Below are positions 55,208 through 60,124 of a DNA stretch of 60,124 nucleotides, one piece after another. The position numbers and the translations under genes are program-made. The first letter of the stretch is position 1; the number at the start of each line of letters is the position of its first letter. The stretch spans positions 1 to 60,124 of the forward strand of contig JASLAA010000204.1 of assembly GCA_030147325.1 (NCBI GenBank), written 5' to 3'. The stretch is from Arthrobacter sp. (GTDB lineage Bacteria; Actinomycetota; Actinomycetes; Actinomycetales; Micrococcaceae). The notes below the pieces were generated by a model, which saw only the letters and a list, made by a program, of their open reading frames with translations, was not told the DNA's origin and did no database searches.

Positions 55208-56710
55208 CTACTGCGTCGGCGCCTGCGCCAGAGTGATCTCCAGCGTGCGGGAGGTGCCGCCGCGGAGGATCTCCACGGGCACCTGCTGCCCCACCGTCTG
55301 GATCCGGACCGCCGCCGTCAGGGAGCGCGGATCGCTGATGGTGTAGTTGCCCACCTTGGTGATGACGTCGCCCGCCTGCAGGGCTGCCTCCGCCGCCGGT
55401 GAATCCGGCTCGACGGACTCGACCAGCGCCCCGCTGGAGAACGTGGAGTTGCTCTGGGTCCCGTCACCCGAGGCGGCCGTGACGCTGACCCCCAGGAAGC
55501 CGTGCGTCGCCTCGCCGTTCGCGATGATCTCCTGCGCGATCCGGTCCGCGTAGTTGATCGGGATGGAGAAGCCCACTCCGATGTTGCCGGTCGAATCCCC
55601 CGAACCGGCGGAGGCGATCGCGACGTTCACCCCGATGATCCGGCCGTCCGCGTCGACGAGCGCTCCGCCGGAGTTGCCCTGGTTGATCGCTGCGTCGGTC
55701 TGGATGACGTTGAGGTAGATGGAACCCTGGGACTGGGTCTGCTGGCCGCCCGAGCCGCCGGGCGGCAGGAAGTTGAAGCCGTCCCCCTCGTCGGTCTCGG
55801 AGCTGTCCGGCTGTTCCTCCGGCACCGCCGAGGACGCCACGCTGATCGTGCGGTTGAGGGTCGAGACGATCCCGTCGGTGACGGTGCCGCTCAGGCCCAG
55901 GGGGGCGCCGATGGCTATCGCGGTGTCCCCCACGTTCAGTTCGTCGGAATTGCCGAGGGTCGCCGCGGTGAGATCGGGCGCGTCGATCTTGATGACGGCG
56001 AGATCGCTCAGCGGATCGGTACCGACCACCGTCGCCGCGAAGACCCGGCCGTCGTTCAGCTTGACCTCGACCTCGGGGTCGGACACCTGACCGCCCAATG
56101 TCACCACGTGGGTGTTGGTGAGGATGTGTCCGTCGGTGTCGAGGATGATTCCCGATCCGGAACCGCTGGCACTCCCGCCGCTCACAGCGATCGTCACGAC
56201 GCTCGGTGAAGCCGTCACGGCGGCTCCCGTGATGGTGTTGACGTTCTCCGTGTCGTTCACCACGACAGCCTCGGATGCCGCCTGTGACGTGCCGGCGGGT
56301 GCGTCGTCGTCGAGCGCGTTGTAGCCGGCGGTCGCGACGCCACCTCCGATGAGACCGGCGGCGAGGACGCCCGCCGCGAAGGTGGCCAGGCCCACGCGGC
56401 GGCGGTCCTTTCCAGCGGTCCGTCCGGCTGGGGTATGCGACACGTGTCCGCCGGACTGATCGCCGTAGAAGGGCTGGTGACCCGCATAGGCGGGATGCTG
56501 GGCCGGGGACTGCTGCTGGAACGCGGTCCGGTCGCCGTCGCGGGCCGCGCCCGGCGTCGCCTGGTACTGCGCCGTCGGAGGACCTGCCACGGGCTGCACA
56601 CCCGTCTCGGGTTCGGCACCGTTCCAGCCCGTCCCCCAGGACGGTGGATTCTGCGGCTGCGGGGGAAGGGCGGGATCCCTGTCACCGGGGTTTCCTGGCT
56701 GCTCGTTCAT
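55208..56710 (-). CDS. htrA: HtrA/PepD-type serine protease with PDZ
   Basis: TNTHV, DLAV, QTDAAINQGNSGG, C-terminal PDZ; GAAAGGA RBS. Confidence 0.93.
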   Translation of the reverse strand: MNEQPGNPGDRDPALPPQPQNPPSWGTGWNGAEPETGVQPVAGPPTAQYQATPGAARDGDRTAFQQQSPAQHPAYAGHQPFYGDQSGGHVSHTPAGRTAGKDRRRVGLATFAAGVLAAGLIGGGVATAGYNALDDDAPAGTSQAASEAVVVNDTENVNTITGAAVTASPSVVTIAVSGGSASGSGSGIILDTDGHILTNTHVVTLGGQVSDPEVEVKLNDGRVFAATVVGTDPLSDLAVIKIDAPDLTAATLGNSDELNVGDTAIAIGAPLGLSGTVTDGIVSTLNRTISVASSAVPEEQPDSSETDEGDGFNFLPPGGSGGQQTQSQGSIYLNVIQTDAAINQGNSGGALVDADGRIIGVNVAIASAGSGDSTGNIGVGFSIPINYADRIAQEIIANGEATHGFLGVSVTAASGDGTQSNSTFSSGALVESVEPDSPAAEAALQAGDVITKVGNYTISDPRSLTAAVRIQTVGQQVPVEILRGGTSRTLEITLAQAPTQ

Positions 56711-56738
56711 GGGAGGTCCTTTCGTCGCTGTTGGCCAC

Positions 56739-56804
56739 ATCATGGCAACACCCGCTGTGCTTCGAGCATGAGTTCGCTGTACGGCTGCTGAGAGGTCGCT
56801 GGAG
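56739..56804 (-). promoter_or_regulatory. MprA-box-like 11-bp-period repeats and CATGAT -10 upstream of htrA
   Basis: Minus strand CTCCAG-N5-TCTCAG-N5-GTACAG...GCACAG; plus-strand CTG at 56755, 56777, 56788, 56799. Confidence 0.55.
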
Positions 56805-57084
56805 CTCGGCCCCGAGTCCCACTCCTCCTGCCGACGAGTGGACTCCTCCAGTATCCCTGTCCGTCGCGCGGTCGCGTCTTTTCGGCGGTGCGGACGGTCC
56901 CCCTGCCGGCCGGACCGGTTCCGCCTGCACCTGGTCGGCCGGTCGACCTTTCGCTAGCGGCATAGCGGCGGTGGTGGACGCTCCCCGGGCCCAACCATAG
57001 AATCGGGAAGACAGGAGCCTCCGGCGTCCGCCGCCCCCAGTCCTGGGACCGGTGAGGTCCGGGGGACGTGCTGAAGGGTCGAAC

Positions 57085-59193
57085 ATGCGAATGATGAGCA
57101 GGCGCGTCCGCGTCTCTGCTGTCCTGGGTGCCCTCGTGGCGCTCCCGTTGATGTCGAGTGCCACGGCTTTCGCCGATGCACCGGTCACGTTCCCGTCCGG
57201 TGACTACGTGATCGATACGGCAGATGCCCTGAGCGATGCCGAGGAGGCCGAGATCGAAGCCGCCATCGAGGCGTTGCGCTCGGAGGAGGGCTTCACCGTC
57301 CGGGTCGCGTTCGTGCCGACGTTCGAGAGCCCGCAGGACCCGGACGCCTGGGCGGCGGAGACGTTGGCGGCCAACGCAGCCTCGGCCGACGAGGCGGTAC
57401 TGGCGGTGCGGCTGGAGCCGGGCACGGCGCGGTTCGCCGCATCCGACGACTCGCAACTCGCCAGTCAGGACGGTCCCATCTACGACCGCTACATCGGACC
57501 CGAGTTGCAGGCGGGCGACTTCGGCGCCGCCGGGCTCGCTGCCGTCGAGGGCGCACGTGCAGCGCTCACCGGGTCGACGGGTGGCGGGACCGGCACCGGC
57601 GTGTCACCCTCCTCCGGCAGTTCCGCTTCCGGCGGCGGCGCACTGGGCGGCCTGGTCCTCGTGGGTGGTCTCGTCGCCGTGGCGGGAGCGGGCGGCTACA
57701 TGCTGCTCAAGCGGAGCAGCGGTAACAGCGCTCAGCGTAAGCGTGAGCAGTACGGCTACGGACCGGTGCCGTCGGCCGACGGCCAGGTGGTCGACCCGCT
57801 CGCGTCCGTGAGCGTCGAGGATCTGCGGAAGCGTGCGGGAAGCCTCCTCATCGCGGCCGACGACGCGATCAAGTCCAGTGAGCAGGAACTGGGCTTCGCC
57901 GAGGCACAGTACGGGGCGGAGGCCATCACGACGTTCACCGAGGACATCTCGGCCGCCAAGCAGCACATGGGCGCATCCTTCAAATTGCAGCAGCAGCTCG
58001 ACGACCACATCCCGGACACCGAGGAGCAGCAGCGCCAGTGGCTGGGAGAGATCATCCGCCGCTGCGAGGACGTCAACGCCTCGCTCCAGGCGCACAAGGC
58101 GGACTTCGACTCGCTGCGCGAGCTGGAGCGGAACGCGCCCGAAGCCCTGCGCCGGGCACAGAGCGCGGCCGATGGTGCCCGCCGGCGGTTCACCGCCGCT
58201 GAGCAGTCCCTGCGGGCCCTGCAGGACCGCTACCTCGAGAGCGCCACCGCCCAGGTCTCGGACAACATCGAGCAGGCTCGTGAGCGCCTCTCGTTCGTCG
58301 ACAGTGCAGCCACCGAAGCGCAGTCCCGCATAGCCGACGGCGATACCGGCCGGGCCGTCGTGGCTGTCCGCGCGGCGGAGGAGTCGGTGCACCAGAGCAC
58401 CGTGCTGCTCGACGCGATCGACAAACGGTCGGAGGAACTGGCCGTGGCCGAACGCGAGCTCGAGCAGGCGCTGCCGGAGTGCGAACAGGATCTCGCCCAG
58501 GCCCAGGCGATGGATCGTACGGGTCAGTACCGTGACCTCGCCGGGCCCATCGCAGCCCTGCAGTCCGCCGTGACGACGGTCCGGCAGGAACGCCAGAGCG
58601 CTCGAAGCAATCCCCTCGCCCTGCTGCAGCGGCTGGAGAACGCGCATGCCCAGCTGGACGCAGCACTCGGTGGTGTCCGCGACCAGGCGGACACCACACG
58701 CCGTGCCCAGGAATCCTTGCAGCACGCCCTCATCGCCGCCCAGTCGGGCATCTCGGGTACCGCCGACTACATCCGGGCCCGCCGGGGCGGGGTCGGCAGC
58801 GAGGCGCGGACCCGGCTGGCGGAGGCCGAGCGCAACCTGGACTACGCCGTGGACCTGCAGCGGTCCGACCCCGTGACCGCTCTCTCCCACGCTCAGCAGG
58901 CAGCAGTGCTGGCCGACCAGGCGGCCCAGCTCGCCGAGCAGGACGTCGATGGCTTCAGCCGCGGCGGCATGGGTGGGATGTACGGCGGCAGGGGCGGCGA
59001 CGGAATGGGTGGGGCCCTCCTCGGCGGCATCCTGCTCGGATCGATCCTCAACGGGGGCGGTTTCGGTGGCGGGTTCGGCGGAGGGTTCGGCGGCGGCGGC
59101 GGTGGAGGCGGCGACGGCGGAAGTTTCGGCGGCGGTGGCTTCGGCGGCTTCGGCGGCGGCGATTTCGGCGGCTTCGGCGGCGGCGACTTCTAG
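57085..59193 (+). CDS. TPM-domain membrane protein with coiled coil and Gly/Phe-rich tail
   Basis: Signal peptide, DTADALS TPM, TM, long heptad region, EARTRLAEA, GGF repeats. Confidence 0.88.
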   Translation: MRMMSRRVRVSAVLGALVALPLMSSATAFADAPVTFPSGDYVIDTADALSDAEEAEIEAAIEALRSEEGFTVRVAFVPTFESPQDPDAWAAETLAANAASADEAVLAVRLEPGTARFAASDDSQLASQDGPIYDRYIGPELQAGDFGAAGLAAVEGARAALTGSTGGGTGTGVSPSSGSSASGGGALGGLVLVGGLVAVAGAGGYMLLKRSSGNSAQRKREQYGYGPVPSADGQVVDPLASVSVEDLRKRAGSLLIAADDAIKSSEQELGFAEAQYGAEAITTFTEDISAAKQHMGASFKLQQQLDDHIPDTEEQQRQWLGEIIRRCEDVNASLQAHKADFDSLRELERNAPEALRRAQSAADGARRRFTAAEQSLRALQDRYLESATAQVSDNIEQARERLSFVDSAATEAQSRIADGDTGRAVVAVRAAEESVHQSTVLLDAIDKRSEELAVAERELEQALPECEQDLAQAQAMDRTGQYRDLAGPIAALQSAVTTVRQERQSARSNPLALLQRLENAHAQLDAALGGVRDQADTTRRAQESLQHALIAAQSGISGTADYIRARRGGVGSEARTRLAEAERNLDYAVDLQRSDPVTALSHAQQAAVLADQAAQLAEQDVDGFSRGGMGGMYGGRGGDGMGGALLGGILLGSILNGGGFGGGFGGGFGGGGGGGGDGGSFGGGGFGGFGGGDFGGFGGGDF

Positions 59194-59258
59194 ACCCGCG
59201 CCACTGCCTCCGGCAGCAGGACACACGGACTATCAGGGAAGAATCGAAAGGAAAATCA

Positions 59259-60053
59259 ATGGTAAAGCAGTCAATTTTCGGCAGGATCGCGCAGCTCACC
59301 CGGGCGAACGTCAACGCCCTGATCGACCAGGCCGAGGATCCGCAGAAGATGCTCGACCAGATGGTCCGTGACTTCACCAACAGCATCGCCGAGGCGGAGG
59401 CCGCGGTCGCGCAGACGATCGGCAACCTCCGGATGATGCAGGAGGACTACAACGAGGACATCGAGAACGCCCGCAGCTGGGGCAACAAGGCGCTCGCTGC
59501 CTCCCGCAAGGCGGACGAATACAGGGCGTCCGGTGACACCGTCGACGCCCAGAAGTTCGACAGCCTCGCCAAGGTCGCCATCCAGCGGCAGATGGCTGCG
59601 GAGAACGAGGCCAAGGGTGCCGAGCCGACGATCTCATCCCAGACCGAGATCGTCGACAAGCTCAAGGACGGCCTCAACCAGATGAAGGGCAAGCTCAACG
59701 AGCTGACGGCCAAGCGGGACCAGCTGATCGCCCGGTCGCGGACCGCGCAGGCCCAGCAGCAGGTGCACGACGCCGTCAAGAGCATCGATTTCATGGATCC
59801 GACGAGCGAGGTCGGCCGCTTCGAAGAGAAGATCCGCCGGGAGGAGGCCAAGGTCCGCGGACAGCAGGAGCTCGCGTCGTCGAGCCTGGACGCGCAGTTC
59901 GAGAGCCTCGAGGACCTCGGCGAGCAGACCGAGATCGAGGCCCGGCTCGCCGCGTTGAAATCCGGATCGGGCTCCCAGTCCGCCCTGGCTCAGGGCTCCG
60001 GCAGCGGGGACGCGACGGCGACCCCCACGACGACGGGTGAGACGACCTACTGA
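59259..60053 (+). CDS. pspA: PspA/IM30 family protein
   Basis: KQSIFGRI..RANVNALIDQAEDPQKMLDQ, LDAQFESLE, EARLAALK; GAAAGGA RBS. Confidence 0.93.
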   Translation: MVKQSIFGRIAQLTRANVNALIDQAEDPQKMLDQMVRDFTNSIAEAEAAVAQTIGNLRMMQEDYNEDIENARSWGNKALAASRKADEYRASGDTVDAQKFDSLAKVAIQRQMAAENEAKGAEPTISSQTEIVDKLKDGLNQMKGKLNELTAKRDQLIARSRTAQAQQQVHDAVKSIDFMDPTSEVGRFEEKIRREEAKVRGQQELASSSLDAQFESLEDLGEQTEIEARLAALKSGSGSQSALAQGSGSGDATATPTTTGETTY

Positions 60054-60124
60054 TCCGAACCCCCATCCTCCCGCTCGGCGGCGCGGGTGGGGCAGCACCG
60101 CCGGTACCACAGGGGGGCCGCAGC

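Noticed and set aside
59050..59190. GGC/TTC repeats as CRISPR or satellite
   Set aside because: In-frame Gly/Phe low-complexity protein tail; no spacers

Overview
GC-rich actinobacterial chromosomal window, most consistent with Micrococcaceae (Arthrobacter-like). It is mostly core genome. I found no tRNA/rRNA, IS, prophage or CRISPR array. Left to right: (1) a cell-wall glycan locus (nucleotide-sugar dehydrogenase, GT-C-like membrane protein, Wzt/Wzm, GlfT2-like galactofuranosyltransferase, glf); (2) an orphan FHA-FtsK/EccC-like ATPase, whiB1, pdtaS and large NAD-glutamate dehydrogenase; (3) a CpaE-like/SAF(CpaB-like)/BldC-Xis-like HTH/LysM/Rv3235 cluster; (4) secA, YcaQ-like glycosylase, hpf, comF, lpqB-mtrB-mtrA; (5) a DUF4129-DUF4350-MoxR-DUF58 operon; (6) iscS-mnmA-chorismate mutase-MetE-like, folP2-RibD_C, a J-domain protein, trmL, a methyltransferase, sigK-rskA; (7) etfBA-PIG-L, htrA, TPM-pspA. 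The most interesting signal is non-coding. A DnaA-box-like 9-mer sits exactly 38 nt upstream of a -10 hexamer at both the FHA-FtsK gene and comF, and recurs at the SAF/CpaE-HTH divergent junction. A 10-bp-period direct-repeat array lies upstream of the LysM gene. Together these suggest a possible undescribed competence/Tad-linked regulon. Also notable: two short out-of-frame ORFs that overlap both flanking genes, and a dual (SigK-type plus leaderless) promoter at sigK. All calls come from reading the sequence by eye; no database searches were run.
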